From Macrostomum hystrix (Eukaryota; Animalia; Platyhelminthes), in assembly GCA_950097015.1 (NCBI GenBank), contig CATNEN010000008.1, forward strand, positions 2,170,001 through 2,234,000: a stretch of 64,000 nucleotides of DNA, written 5' to 3'. Of the stretch, positions 36,545-49,784 are shown one piece after another. The notes below the pieces were generated by a model that made no database searches, was not told the origin of the DNA, and saw only the letters and a list, made by a program, of their open reading frames with translations. A program made the position numbers and the translations under genes. The stretch's first letter is position 1, and every line of letters begins with the position of its first letter.

Positions 36545-36905
36545 TGGAGTGAGGCGGGTAAGGGAGTGAGGCGGGTATGGGAGTGAGGCGGGTATGGGAG
36601 TGAGGCGGGTAAGGGAGTGAGGCGGGTATGGGAGTGAGGCGGGTAAGGGAGTGAGGCGGCTGAAGGAGTGAGGTGGTTGTGTGAGTGGGGTGGCTAATAA
36701 TGGAGTGAGGCGGGTAAGGGAGTGAGGCGCGTAAGAGAGTTAGGCGACTGAGGGAGTGAGGTGGTTGACGGAGTGAGGTGGGTAAAGGAAGTGAGATGGT
36801 TAAGGGAGTGAGGTGGGTGTGTGGGTATGGAAACGAGGCTAATAATAGAGTGAGGCGGGTATGGGAGTGATGTGGCTTGGTGTTGATAATGGAGTGAGGT
36901 GGGTT
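36545..36905. repeat. Degenerate 18-bp G-rich minisatellite
   Basis: Unit GAGTGAGGCGGGTAAGGG. Confidence 0.85.
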
Positions 36906-37449
36906 AGGGAGCGGAGCTTTCAAGGGAACAGAGATATCAAATTGAGTGAGGGCTAGGTCGGTGTACATTCTCAACGGTCTTACTACCATAATAGCAAATA
37001 GATTAAATTGCCTTTTTAATGCTCGCAGATAACATTGTGCTATAGAACCGTATGTACGAGCGATTAATCATGGCTCATAAGAGCTTCAGACAATATTCAT
37101 AGGCAAATAACACCGACTAATTCTCATTTCCAATCTTGTGCATTCTTGTTATTCGCAGTCTGTCACAGCGACGCGTGCTGCCAAGCGTGCAAAATGAGAT
37201 GGAAGACCAGGGATCAGAAGGAAAAAAAATAGGGCGGAGCGCCGTGCAAAGAGAGAGGTAACCTAGAGGGAATCGACCTGTAAGAATCTGGTTTTCTTTA
37301 ACTAAAACCCGCAGAAATGATGTAGCAAAATGCACTGTTTAATAACTACTGGAATTTCAACGACAGCCTTCTAACTCTAAATGCCTATCCTTAGCCCGAT
37401 TTGAAGATACACGAGTTGTCTTAGTAACTATTGGATACCGGGGTTTACA

Positions 37450-37575
37450 TCGGATACTGGGATTTCCCTCGGATACTGGGGTTTCCCTCGGATACTGTTG
37501 TCTCCCTCGGATACTGGGGTTTCCCTCGGATACTGGGGTTTCCCTCTGATACTGGGGTTTCCCTCGGATATAGGG
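37450..37575. repeat. 19-bp minisatellite
   Basis: Unit GGATACTGGGGTTTCCCTC. Confidence 0.85.
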
Positions 37576-38197
37576 GTTTCTCTATGGTTTTCGCTTAACA
37601 CTAAGGTGTCCCTTGGATGTTGGGGTTTCCCTTGGTTACCGGCGTTCGCTCTGTATACGGGGGTTTACCTGGGATGGCTCTAATAAAATATATTTTTTTA
37701 GGCGATTTGCTTTAAATTCATAAATGGGATTTTCCCTAATGGGATTTAATTTCTGTATAGGAATCTGTTATGAAAGGGCAGACAAGCGAGAATCGGGCAG
37801 AAGCGACGGCGGTGAAGTTTAAATGAGCAAAATTGGGAATACTGTTTGACGAAGAAGAGAAGAAGGAGAAATGATGGGAACACCGAGATAATGGTCCAGT
37901 CTATCCAGTTGGGAGAAAAAGATTAAAGGGATTTTGGTACTCAAAAGTGCTCAGATTCTTGTTGAGCTTACTGACTCCAGCCCTACCAACCAGTTGACCA
38001 TTTACCCAATCAATACCTTCCATCTCGGGTGTCTGTCCGGACAGAAAATTCACTTTATTCAGCCTCGGACACCCGTCTAACGATTGGAGATGGCAATGGA
38101 GATTTTGAGAGCAAATGGGGAGAGAATAAGCTGGGGCGGGGAAAATTGGACGAAAAAATTAATCCCACGGCATTGATCTTCTAGCTGCAAATTTCGC

Positions 38198-38673
38198 TCT
38201 CTGTCTGACAATCACATCTGACTCTCTGCCTGACAATCACATCTGACTCTCTGCCTGACAATCACATCTGACTCTCTGCCTGACAATCACATCTGACTCT
38301 CTGCCTGACAATCACATCTGAGTCTCTGTCTGACAATCACATCTGACTCTCTGTCTGACAATCACATCTGACTCTCTGTCTGACAATCACATCTGACTCT
38401 CTGTCTGACAATCACATCTGACTCTCTGTCTGACAATCACATCTGACTCTCTGTCTGACAATCACATCTGACTCTCTGTCTGACAATCACATCTGACTCT
38501 CTGTCTGACAATCACATCTGACTCTCTGCCTGACAATCACATCGGACTCTCTGCCTGACAATCACATCTGACTCTCTGCCTGACAATCACATCTGACTCT
38601 CTGCCTGACAATCACATCTGACTCTCTGCCTGACAATCACATCTGACTCTCTGTCTGACAATCACATCTGACT
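38198..38673. repeat. 25-bp minisatellite
   Basis: Unit TGACAATCACATCTGACTCTCTG(C/T)C. Confidence 0.95.
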
Positions 38674-39643
38674 GGCAGAATTCTAGATTACATTCTACAC
38701 AACTAGACAACACTATATTCTAGAATTCTACGACTCTGGTCACCGAGTGTGGGTTATAAAACTCAAACAGCATCAGGGTCATTGCACGAGGCAAGTAAGC
38801 TTTGTGTGTGCTCGGGTCATAAATTATTTTCTATAACAATTTTCCATTCCCTGTGTGACTCGCTCCCTAACCATTTGTCAGCTCCACTTTTTGCTTCTGC
38901 TAAAAGCAGAGAGGAAAATGTGCTCAGCTCTGCGATCACAGATTAATGCGAGTTATCCCTTCGATGAAACTGACCAAAGATGAAGCACAGATTCCCAGTG
39001 GAATCTGCTATGCAAATTGAGTTTTAACATTTTTTTCAAACTCAAAAATTCATTCGGAGGAAAAAACTTTTGGCCTATAGTGCCCATAGTGCGAGCCCTT
39101 TCATTGTACTTTTAACTGACGCTCAAATATTGTGCTCTGTCATCTGCCATAGGCTGCCGAAAAAGGTATGACGCAAAAGAATGTACTTTTGTACTTGATT
39201 TTTGGTAAACGATTGTTTTTTTGTTAAAATGATGAGCACGAATTTAAGTAACGCGGAGCAAGCATTTGTCTGTCATGTCCCAAAAAATCACCTGAGCACA
39301 ATATTGCCACGCTCTCAAAGCATCTCTAAAATCACCAAACCACCACCTGCCAGTAGTTCTCGCTCTCCCAGCTTTAGCGGCCTGTCTAATTGTGTCACGG
39401 AAATCTGCAATCGGGAAATTACAACCTCAGCCTGACCTTGGTAGGAAAGGAGGCAGTTTAGCTCGTATAAGCTATAGAAATCGAACCCCATGTGATGGGC
39501 GAAGCTCTCTTATATGCTCATATCTATACATAATATGAGCAAAATGATCACGGCAATAGATTGAAATTGCCTTGAGCTCATATTCCAGAAATTTGAGTCC
39601 CTAACCCGCACGCGTAAGAAGATTTCGACTTTTTCTTATTCTA

Positions 39644-39877
<234 letters not shown>

Positions 39878-40328
39878 CAGACTGGGTGTAAGTGCTAAAA
39901 GTTCAGCTCTAAAAATGGCAAGTTAGTATGCTAGTATATATCCATCAGAATGTTAGTATATAAATCCCGCTGAGCAGTGCTAAAACAATGCTCCGCCTTC
40001 TCAAATTTAGTCCCTGCACGAGAGCTAGAAAACAGATTCCATGGGTTTAACTCGAGCAGACTTTGTGTCAGCTATTGAATAGCACAACAAGGCGAGGCTG
40101 ATGAATGTTGAAACAGCATACCTGACTAATTCACTGAGAACTCATGAACCTCAACAAGGCAGCTGTGCAGCCGACCGCTGTTCAGTTTATGAACTGGCGG
40201 GTCTCTAAACCCAACCCTTAATGACCCGAGCTGTGACACCTATCAATCAGACCTATTAATCAGCTTTGAAAGTTATAGTAAATTGTATATACTATTGGTG
40301 AAAAAACATTCTCCCTAGCCAAATATTA

Positions 40329-40637
40329 AAAATAATAATAATTGCAGGAGGGCTGCTGGCAATGGCACATCATTTGGTGACACTGGACCTGTAGCCAGCG
40401 AGGAGGCAATTCTGCCCATTTCGCTGACTCCTGAGCACACACGCACACAGATAATGTATGCAGGCAAACACTCACACAGGTGTGTACATCTGCCCTGACT
40501 TTCTTATCGTCAGGCAGTGTACACTCTCACGGTGTCTTGATAGGTTGGCCCAATTTAATGTGGCCTCACCGCGGAATCGAGCTCAGGGACCTCGGCGCGA
40601 GAGGCTGACGCGTTAACCGCTCTGCCAGTCACCCCCT
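40329..40637 (-). mobile_element. SINE family A, full length, with 13-bp TSD
   Basis: Flanked by TAGCCAAATATTA at 40316-40328 and 40638-40650. Head GGGGGTGACTGGCAGAGCGGTTAA...GAGCTCGATTCC; (TTA)n tail. Confidence 0.93.
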
Positions 40638-41724
40638 TAGCCAAATATTAGCTACAAGGATAACAAGACACAATAAAAATGCGAGACTAAAACTAACTAT
40701 AGCTAGCTATACTCAAAAAGGTGGGTAAAAATACAGGAAAATATGGAAATGCTCTCTGTTAGTTTGCTTACCGTGCACTGATTTCTCAGTCATTGTAATG
40801 GATGTAGATAACTAGATGGTTTCTTCGAAACAAAGTAAGTTAGCGAAAGCCTATGTGCTAACGATATTCTGTTGTATTTATATGCCCCTGCGAAATCTGA
40901 ATAGGATGGCCTAATTTCTTGACCAATCCAAAACTGGCACTGGCTGCGGCACTATCACATCCTTAGTTTCGATCCCTTACAATTGGCTGTAGTAAATATT
41001 CTCCCCTCACTCTACACTCTCCCGCAATCCCTGAAATCCAGCCTCCCCTGCGCTGCCACTATCAGGTAATTTTTTAAGCCATGAGACACGGCTGAACCAA
41101 CACAGGTTTAGGCAAGGTATGGGGGGGAAGTAGGCATTGCTGTAGACGAACGGACGAAAGCATCAAGGAACCTAGAAAAAGAGAGAGAAGGAAGGGGAGA
41201 AAGAGAGAAATCAGTATTTTGAACTTGCAAGAACAGCCAACCAACTTTTCTATCCACGATGGTATGCCCACAATGTCAGCGATGTACAATCAGTCACAGC
41301 TGGCAGTGAGGGGCCACGCATCTAGTTAATAGTTGCCATGCGGATGCGTAGACCGGGTTAAGTGAGGAAATAATTAAACAATAGTGCGCCTGTTGCTACC
41401 CAGCAACTGTTGTCTCGTCTTTTGGAAAATGAAGTATTTTATTTTTAAAATGATTGGCTGCATGGGTGCCATGTGTGGGTGTTAGTCTTGAACTAGTCTG
41501 AATAATTTTGCTTACTTCCTTCTATAAAGAACTGTGTGTTTGTATAAACCCGCTGCAGGGTGCCCCCACGTCTATCACCGACTGAAAGAGAAGTTTCCGT
41601 ATAATAAGTTTGCACTTTTATGGCATTGTTATAACTTGCGTAAAAAAAGTTAGAAAATTATTGAAAATATTATCCGTTTTTGGTTAGAAAATAATTGCAG
41701 CAGTTGATTAGAAGGGTAAGTGGA

Positions 41725-41985
41725 TGGAGAGGTAGAGATGAGATGTCGAGATAAGAGGTAGAGTAGAGAAGTAGAGTGGTGTAGTAGAGTGAAGAAGTAG
41801 AGATTAGGGGTAGAGATAAGAGGTAGAGTGTAGAGGTAGAGAGGAGAGGTAGAGATGGGAGGTTATAGATTGGAGAGGTAGAGATGAGAGGTACAGTGGA
41901 GTGGTAGAGTGGTGTAGCAGAGAGGAGAGGTAGAGAGGAGAGGTAGATTGCAGAGGTAGAGTGCAGAGGTAGAGTGCAGTGGTAG
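41725..41985. repeat. Degenerate GAGGTAGAG low-complexity repeat
   Basis: Recurrent GAGGTAGA(G/T) motif. Confidence 0.75.
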
Positions 41986-43649
41986 ATACATAATAATGGA
42001 TGATGAAGGTGTATTAGACGCAGCCTTCAGCTGTAGCAGAAAGCACTAGAAAGCAGTCAGTCATGCTAGATAGGCTTGGATCCGTCCAGAGGTCAAGTGA
42101 TGCAGTGATACCCAGATGGAACCTGTTAGAGACCTGTTGAAGCAGCCTGTTCGTTCAGTAAGGGAGGGAATGTTCGGCAGAAGCTATAACAATCTGTTTG
42201 CCTAGCAAGGCAAAATTTTCTAATCCCAGTGTCTTATCTGGCCATCATAGAAACAAGATATTTAGTAGCCTTTGGGGGATTTTGTGATTATTGCGTAACC
42301 TGCTAGACATTTCCTCATTTTCAAACAAATCTTTGTAGAATTTCTTCAATTTTTAGTGGACCTAGTAGCCTGCGAATGCCAATGTTTAAATAGGTTTCTT
42401 TGGCAAATTCACACCACCATGTTCTATATGTTCTACTCATGAAGTAGCATAGATAAGAAAATAATTTTTTGCATAACAAATTTGACAAAAAAGCACTGTG
42501 AAGTTTATCATAGTATTGAAAAGCTAATGTCATGTACATAATAGAGTATCTTGACATTGTATTTGACAAGCACAGCAACACAGACTGAAATATTTAAAGA
42601 GCAAAATACTTTAACAACAATGTCTAATACACGAAATATTCATTGCGTCTTTGTGGCGGGCGAAGCGTTAGAGCTTTCTAAGAAAATTATGACCAATCAC
42701 TGACTTTTTTAGAAATAAAAAAATCATGAAATCCCCTATTTATATTAAAAATAGATTAATTGTTAAACTTCTGATTTAAGAAATCGTCAAGTTATTAAAT
42801 TACTTATCTAAGAAATCGTAAAATTTTAACAAATATTTAAGAACTCGTCTGTTAATTAAATCAATAATTTAAGATATTGTCAAATCTAACTTAATAACTA
42901 AAAAATAGACTAAATGAAATCATTGATTTACGAAATTATCTAATTTAAATCAATCGCCAATTTGATTAAATTAATGATTAGGAAATTGTTGAGTCATCAA
43001 ATCTTCTAATCACTAAGTTGACAATATTATAAACCACCTAATTCAAGGATTGAAGAACTGAAATAGATGAAACTCAACACGACAAGAAGACATGACGACA
43101 TGAGGAGTTTGAGGACAAGCAATTGAAACTTTTAAGAACCGATTTCGACATGATTTTATGGTAGATTCGCTCCCCAGTTACTAAAAGTAGCATAATACGA
43201 AAAAAGCACACTAGGCAAGATTAGAAAAAACGAGTTTATAGACAAGTAAAACTGTGACAATGTCTTTGGAATGGCAGAAATATAATCCAGCCTTCCTATC
43301 TAAATAGGCGAGTGAAAGCTAAGAAGCTGATGATTATAAAATGTTTGAAGTGCGGATTCATAATGTGTGAAGGATCCATCAAGTACATATCAGGGGCTCA
43401 GTGAAGACTCTTGTAACGCGTTGTGGAGTGGCACATGGAACTGACTGTGACTCAACTGTGTCTTTCAGGCTGACAACATAAAACATAATAATAAACACGT
43501 GTCCGCCTCCATAATTGTGGAAGGCAGTATTTGCCATAGACATTTGGCGAGCCGACACACTTCAACGTTGGAATCCTTGTTTACTAAAGCAATCTCGAAA
43601 CGGGAAGAACAAATCAGGAGCTAACAGGGGGGGGCCGGAGTCGTCGAGC

Positions 43650-45059
43650 TCAGTCGTCAGCCGGCCGGATTGTTGGCATGACGAGACGCCAAAAGCTTTC
43701 AAAAGCCGCCGCCGCCTGTAGCTCCTCGATGGCCTCCTTGGGCAGAGTCGACGGCAGCGTCGGAGGCTGCGGCGGCGGCATTGTCGGCCCACCGGCCTGT
43801 TGAAGCGCCGTCGACGACGCCAGGTTCAATGACCCGGAGGCGCCGACGCCCGCGGAGCACAGGTGTGAGCACAGACTCAAATAATTGTGCAATGCCAGCG
43901 CCTGCTGCAACTGCCGAGTCTGCTGGCAGAACAGCAGCTGCGGGTGTGTCGGCGGCAGCGGCGGCTGCTGCGGCAGCGGCTGCGGCTGCGTCGGGCAGAA
44001 CAGAGAATGCGGCAGCGGGTGGGTCAGCGGACTGTGAGACGGCTGCGAGGTGCTCTCGTTTGAGTCTTCTGACTGCGGACGCCGAGGCGGCGGCTGCGGT
44101 AGCGGCGGCTGCTGCTGCTGCTGCTGCTGATGTCGGTGTTGTTGATTCGGCTTCTTCCGGCGATGATGCAGCAGATGGTGAGCTGGTGTATTCTGCGACT
44201 GCGGCTTCGGCGTTTGCCTGCCTGGTAAGGTAGCTGCGGCCTCAGTCTCCTGACTGGCTGCGGCATCGCAGACTTTGCTGCCCTGGCTGGTGGGCTGAGA
44301 GCCGGCCTCCTGTTTCCGACACTTGGCGCGCCTGTTTTGAAACCAAACCTGCGTTGGGCGGCGGTTTTTGGAATCAGACATGGAAAACTGGACTAGCGAT
44401 ATAGAAATGGGAGCATTGTTGAAATAAAACTAATGAAACTACTTTATTTACTCAAACAAATACTTAGAAATAGAGATAAAATATAATAATAATAATTACT
44501 ATAAAAATGAAAACTTAAATCGAGTATTTATAAGACTGAAGTTTAAACAGATGCTTAATTTTTGTTTAAAAAAAGACTAAAGTGCATTAGAACAAAGACA
44601 TGATGCGCGAATTAAAATATTGAAGTGCGTTCAAACTAAGACTTTATTTTTTAAAAAACAAAGAATTAATGTTTGTTAGAACAAAGACTTAATGTTTCTT
44701 AAAACAAAGACTTAATGTTTGATAAAACAGAGACGGAAGTGTTTTTAACAAATACTTAATTTTTGTTATAACAAAGACTGCATAAGTGGGTTAAAGAAGT
44801 CCTGGTGGTCAAACGAAGACTGGAGGCTAAATCGAAAACCTAAGTCGAAAAACTAATTTATAATGGCAACAAATACAGCACCTGAGCTCGATTCCGGGTC
44901 TCACCTGTACTCTGGACTCGGACAGGCCCAGGCGGTGGCTTAGCTCCTCTCGCATGAAGGCATCTGGATAGTGAGTCTCGTCGAACAGCCTCTCCAACTC
45001 CGTCAGCTGATCCAGTGTAAAGTTTGTGCGATTACGCCTCGGCTTAGCTTTGGCTACGT

Positions 45060-45091
<32 letters not shown>

Positions 45092-46285
45092 GCTGAAGTT
45101 GGTGTCACCAATGGAGGAGATCCGGGCGTCGATTCAGTGGCGAATGGAATGTCATGACCTGGATTGGGATATTTTTAAGCAAGATACGTAATGGGGGTGA
45201 GTGGCAGAACTCGGTGAGTGGTCCCTGAGCTCGATTCTGTGGCGACGCCACATTCATTTGAAGGCTTGGAGGCTTGTCGTGCAATTTACGACCTTGAGGG
45301 CCAACCTCCAAGGCACAGTGAGAGTGTACACTGCCTGACAATGAAAAAGTCAGGGCAGATGTACGCACCTGTGTGAGCGAGTGCCTGCGTACAGTATCTG
45401 GGTGCGTGTGTGCTCAGTAGTCCGTGAAATGGGCAGAATTGCCTCCTCGCTGGCTGTGGGTCTAGTGTCACCAAGTGATGTGCCACTAGGGATAACAGCT
45501 AGTGATTGAAGTCAATGAATTAAAAAGAAATTAAGTTTCAACTAAAACATTCCCATTTTAAAGCATGCCACTAATAGTACTAGTATAGTGCAGGGCAACG
45601 ACTTCTGTTCTTTGGCTCTAAAAAATTAAACTTTAAGAAAATTGTCTAGCAAAATCATTGGATTGTTTAAAAGTCGTTTAGAGCAAGTGTTTTCTACTGT
45701 TTGTCTTCATTTGAAATTTAAATGGCACTAAAATGAAATGTCATATGAGTGGAGGAGTGGATGAGTGGATGAGCGAATAAGCGGGTGAGCGGGTTAGCAG
45801 ATAAGTGGATGAGTGGGTGAGGGTTGAGTGGATGAGCGGGTGAGTGGGTGAGCGGGTGAGTGGATGAGTGGATGAGTGAATGAGTGGATGAGTGGGTGAG
45901 TGGATGAGTGGATGAGCGGGTGAGTGGGTGAGCGGGTGAGTGGGTGAGCGGGTGAGTGGGTGAGTGGGTGAGCGGGTGAGTGGGTGAGCGGGTGAGTGGG
46001 TGAGTGGGTGAGCGGGTGAGTGGGTGAGCGGGTGAGCGGATGAGTGGGTGAGTGGGTGAGTGGATGAGCGGGTGTGGGTGAGCGGGTGAGCGGATGAGTG
46101 GATGAGTGGGTGAGTGGATGAGCGGGTGTGGGTGAGTGGGTGAGCGGATGAGTGGGTGAGTGGATGAGTGGATGAGCGAGTGAGTTGGTGAACTCACCTT
46201 CGGGATCTCCATCGGCGAAGCTTTCACCCGAACCGTCGTTGTTGACCTCAGTCGCTGGGTCGCTGGCAAATTCTGAATTCGGCAT
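43650..46285 (-). CDS. SHOX: Short stature homeobox (Shox)-family PRD-class homeodomain transcription factor, 346 aa, 3 exons
   Basis: Exons 46285-46198 (ATG preceded by an in-frame TGA), 45158-44905 and 44348-43650; GT-AG, phases 1 and 0. Homeodomain [47 protein letters not shown]|[14 protein letters not shown] is near-identical to SHOX/SHOX2 as I recall it, with the PRD-class intron between residues 46 and 47 and Q50. Poly-Ala and poly-Gln/Pro tracts flank it. Confidence 0.93.
45193..45486 (+). mobile_element. SINE family A in Shox intron 1 (tail missing)
   Basis: Family A head and body; starts about 32 bp from the splice acceptor at 45159. Confidence 0.88.
45748..46190. repeat. 8-bp G-rich repeat in Shox intron 1
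   Basis: GAGTGGGT/GAGCGGGT/GAGTGGAT units abutting the donor at 46197. Confidence 0.93.
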
Positions 46286-47439
46286 TCAATCAGCTGGCCT
46301 CCCTCGAATTATGTTCAACCAGGTTGGAATTAACGGTTTTTTTTAACAAACAAGTCCGTTAAGTATGAATTTAGTTTGAGCAGTCAGTCAGAGAGCACTG
46401 TGATCCCTGGCCTGGCTTGGGAGAGTGTTTTATTGCGAAAAAGCCGCGAACAAGGCTTGGCCAGAGTCGAGACGAAGGAGAATTAAAAGGGGAGAAAGTG
46501 TGTGTGGCGTGGAAGCGGCTCACAATCGTTTGCTGGGGATTGGGAGAAAAGGGGAAGAGGATGTAGTCGGTGGGTTAAGCTCCTAATCAAGTTAATACGG
46601 GGAGGGGAGACGAGAGCGGGCCGGGGGGGTTGGGCGGAAGGCAGCGGCCGAGGCCAATTGGTAAAATAATATTCGAGACAGGATTGGGAGGGGGCAGAGA
46701 CGGGAGAGAGGGGATCGGGAGAAGGCTTGAATGTAGGAGATTAGGGACAGGAAAGCGACAGCAATAGGAATCGCGTTGAGTCTGCTGGGGAGCTTTCGCT
46801 GGCGGTTGGCGCTCGGGTCCGGGTGGTGTTCTCATGCCTTCGGTAATTTTTGGTATTAATTTCAGGCCTTTGACAAGGCAGCAACGTTAATTAATTAAAT
46901 GGCTGTATATCTCGTAGTTGTCGGCTTATCAAATTGACCACGCGGCTGTAGGACGGAGATCGGGACTGGTTTGGGTAGGAACAGGGTTGAGGTGGTGGGG
47001 CAATAACCCCAAATGCAATTGCTCGGCCTCTCATCCCCTCAAATGCATCCCCGAGGGGATTGTGTTGAAGGGGCTGGGAGAGGACGGAGCTGCATCCCCT
47101 GTGTTTGTGACCTCCCCACCCACCCACCGCTGGAGCCGCCACCCCTCGGAATCCAAAAATCGGTCGAATTCATAGAGCCGATATCGATTCGGCTAGGGGA
47201 CCCCGCCCTGCAATCCGCCCCGCCCAATTCGCTCCCCGGTGCCTATTAAGTCTCCACCCTCGCCATTTCCCCCCTTTTTTAGCATTCAGTTTTCTACGCA
47301 GTTCTTGCTCCAAAACCTTTAATGCAGCCTGTTGCTTAGCAGCCATCTTTGCCATGCAGCTTTGTCCCTGTAATTTAGTTCTCTGTGCCAATTCTTATGA
47401 ATTGTTGTTATTGCTATCATCTTGTTACGAAATTTCTCC

Positions 47440-48790
47440 TATCTTTTTTCTCCCATCTTGAAAGGGATTTCTCCCATCTTGAAAGGGATTTCTCCCATCT
47501 TGAAAGGGATTTCTCCCATATTGAATTGGGTTTTTCTCATCTTAAAATGTGATTTCTCTCATCTTGAAAGGGATTTCTCCCATCTTGAAAGAGATTTCTC
47601 CCATCTTGAAAGGGATTTTTCCCATCTTGAAAGGGATTTCTCCAATCCTGAAAGAGATTTCTCCCATATTGAATTGGGTTTTTCTCATCTTAAAATGTGA
47701 TTTCTCTCATCTTGAAAGGGATTTCTCCCATCTTGAAAGAGATTTCTCCCATCTTGAAAGGGATTTCTCCCATCTTGAAAGGGATTTCTCCCATCTTGAA
47801 AGGGATTTCTCCCATCTTGAAAGGGATTTCTCCCATATTGAATTGGGTTTTTCTTATCTTAAAATGTGATTTCTCTCATCTTGAAAGGGATTTCTCCCAT
47901 CTTGAAAGAGATTTCTCCCATCTTGAAAGGGATTTCTCCCATCTTGAAAGGGATTTCTCCCATCTTGAAAGAGATTTCTCCCATATTGAATTGGGTTTTT
48001 CTCATCTTAAAATGTGATTTCTCTCATCTTGAAAGGGATTTCTCCCATCTTGAAAGAGATTTCTCCCATCTTGAAAGGGATTTCTCCCATCTTGAAAGGG
48101 ATTTCTCCCATCTTGAAAGGGATTTCTCCCATCTTGAAAGGGATTTCTCCCATATTGAATTGGGTTTTTCTTATCTTAAAATGTGATTTCTCTCATCTTG
48201 AAAGGGATTTCTCCCATCTTGAAAGAGATTTCTCCCATCTTGAAAGGGATTTCTCCCATCTTGAAAGGGATTTCTCCCATCTTGAAAGAGATTTCTCCCA
48301 TATTGAATTGGGTTTTTCTCATCTTAAAATGTGATTTCTCTCATCATGAAAGGGATTTCTCCCATCTTGAAAGAGATTTCTCCCATCTTGAAAGGGATTT
48401 CTCCCATCTTGAAAGGGATTTCTCCTATCTTGAAAGAGATTTCTCCCATCTTGAAAGGGATTTCTACCATCGTGAAAGGGATTTCTCCCATCTTGAAAGG
48501 GATTTCTACCATCTTGAAAGGGATTTCTCCAATCTTGAAAGGGATTTCTCCCATATTGAAAGGGATTTCTCCCATCTTGGAATGGATTTCTCCCATCTTG
48601 AAAAGGATTTCTCCAATCTTGAAAGGGATTTCTCCCATATTGAAAGGGATTTCTCCCATCTTGAAAGGGATTTCTCCCATCTTGAAAAGGATTTCTCCAA
48701 TCTTGAAAGGGATTTCTCCCATATTGAAAGGGATTTCTTCTATCTTGAAAGGGATTTCTCCCATCTTGAAAAGGATTTCTCTCAACTTGA
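47440..48790. repeat. 21-bp minisatellite with a 317-bp higher-order repeat
   Basis: Unit GGGATTTCTCCCATCTTGAAA. An interrupting block recurs at alternating 148/169-bp spacing (ORF starts 47549/47866/48183 and 47697/48014/48331). Confidence 0.95.
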
Positions 48791-49784
48791 GCTACTAATT
48801 TACTATTTTTTATATTGGGATTTATCTAGAACTTGGGATATAAATAAATAAAATACTGAATTATCTGCACACTGTTGTTACATTTAGAAAAGGTTTGGTC
48901 ATGTTAGCAATAATAATAATATTATTATTAATAATTATCAACAAAATATCGTACGTTTTTTCTGTAACGTAGGAATAAATTCAGACTAAGTTTTAGTAAG
49001 AATAATGGGCAGACACAGGTTTGCTATATTGCATGGGAGATAATTTACTAATTATGCATATAGACAACTCAATATTTGACTTTCCGCTTCTCATAATCCG
49101 CCGTGTCTGTCAGCCCTGGCTCTCTACACCCCCTATTAACACGGTTTTGTCACCTAACAAGCAGATTAGGGGCGCCCCGGCCCACCAACATCCCCCGGCT
49201 CTTGATTTCTTCTGCCTCCATAGATCTCTTATTTCTCTTTTAGGGGGGGGGGCGGGCGAAATTAGGCCGCGACAGTTTTCTCATTAACTGGCAAGCAGGG
49301 CAACCCTCCCCACAGCTGCGACCGATCACTGCATGGGAAATATAAAGGTGGGGAAAGAACTGCCTGACGGGATCTCAGAACGACAATGTAATGTAGCATT
49401 TGGGAATTAGAAATTTGCTGAAAAAAATGTGCACCTCCAGCCGTGCATTTTCTCGACTGACTAACGAATTGAAAAGTCGACGCGTGAACGAAAAAAGGAG
49501 GTTTGAAATCAAAGAGAGAAGAGAGTGAGTGAGAGGCTAGCGGGTAGGAAAAAATTAGAAAGGCCGACAGCCGGTCAGATCCATAAAAAATACCGACTTT
49601 TTTTCTAGTCCCAGCTGCAAGCTGGAAACCTTTGATTTGCCGATGCCTGTTTCATTTGGCTCACAATGTGGACAGCCATTGCCAATGAACCGGCAACTCA
49701 CGGGTTTTGCAACTCACGGGGCCAAAAGCGGAAGCTTAATGACGACTGCGCGCTGCATTGGCTGGAAAGATAAGGAAGTGGAGA

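Noticed and set aside
36965-37000. Flatworm spliced-leader RNA gene (ACGGTCTTACT resembles the SL core)
   Set aside because: Only an 11-nt match, with no terminal ATG|GT donor or Sm site following.
42020-42060. OAR-encoding Shox exon (LQLKAA on the minus strand)
   Set aside because: It lacks the SIAxLR core and has no compatible donor in the last Shox exon.
47170-47391. Additional first coding exon of Shox (MAQRTKLQ...)
   Set aside because: No good donor, and the ATG at 46285 is preceded by an in-frame stop; at most a uORF.
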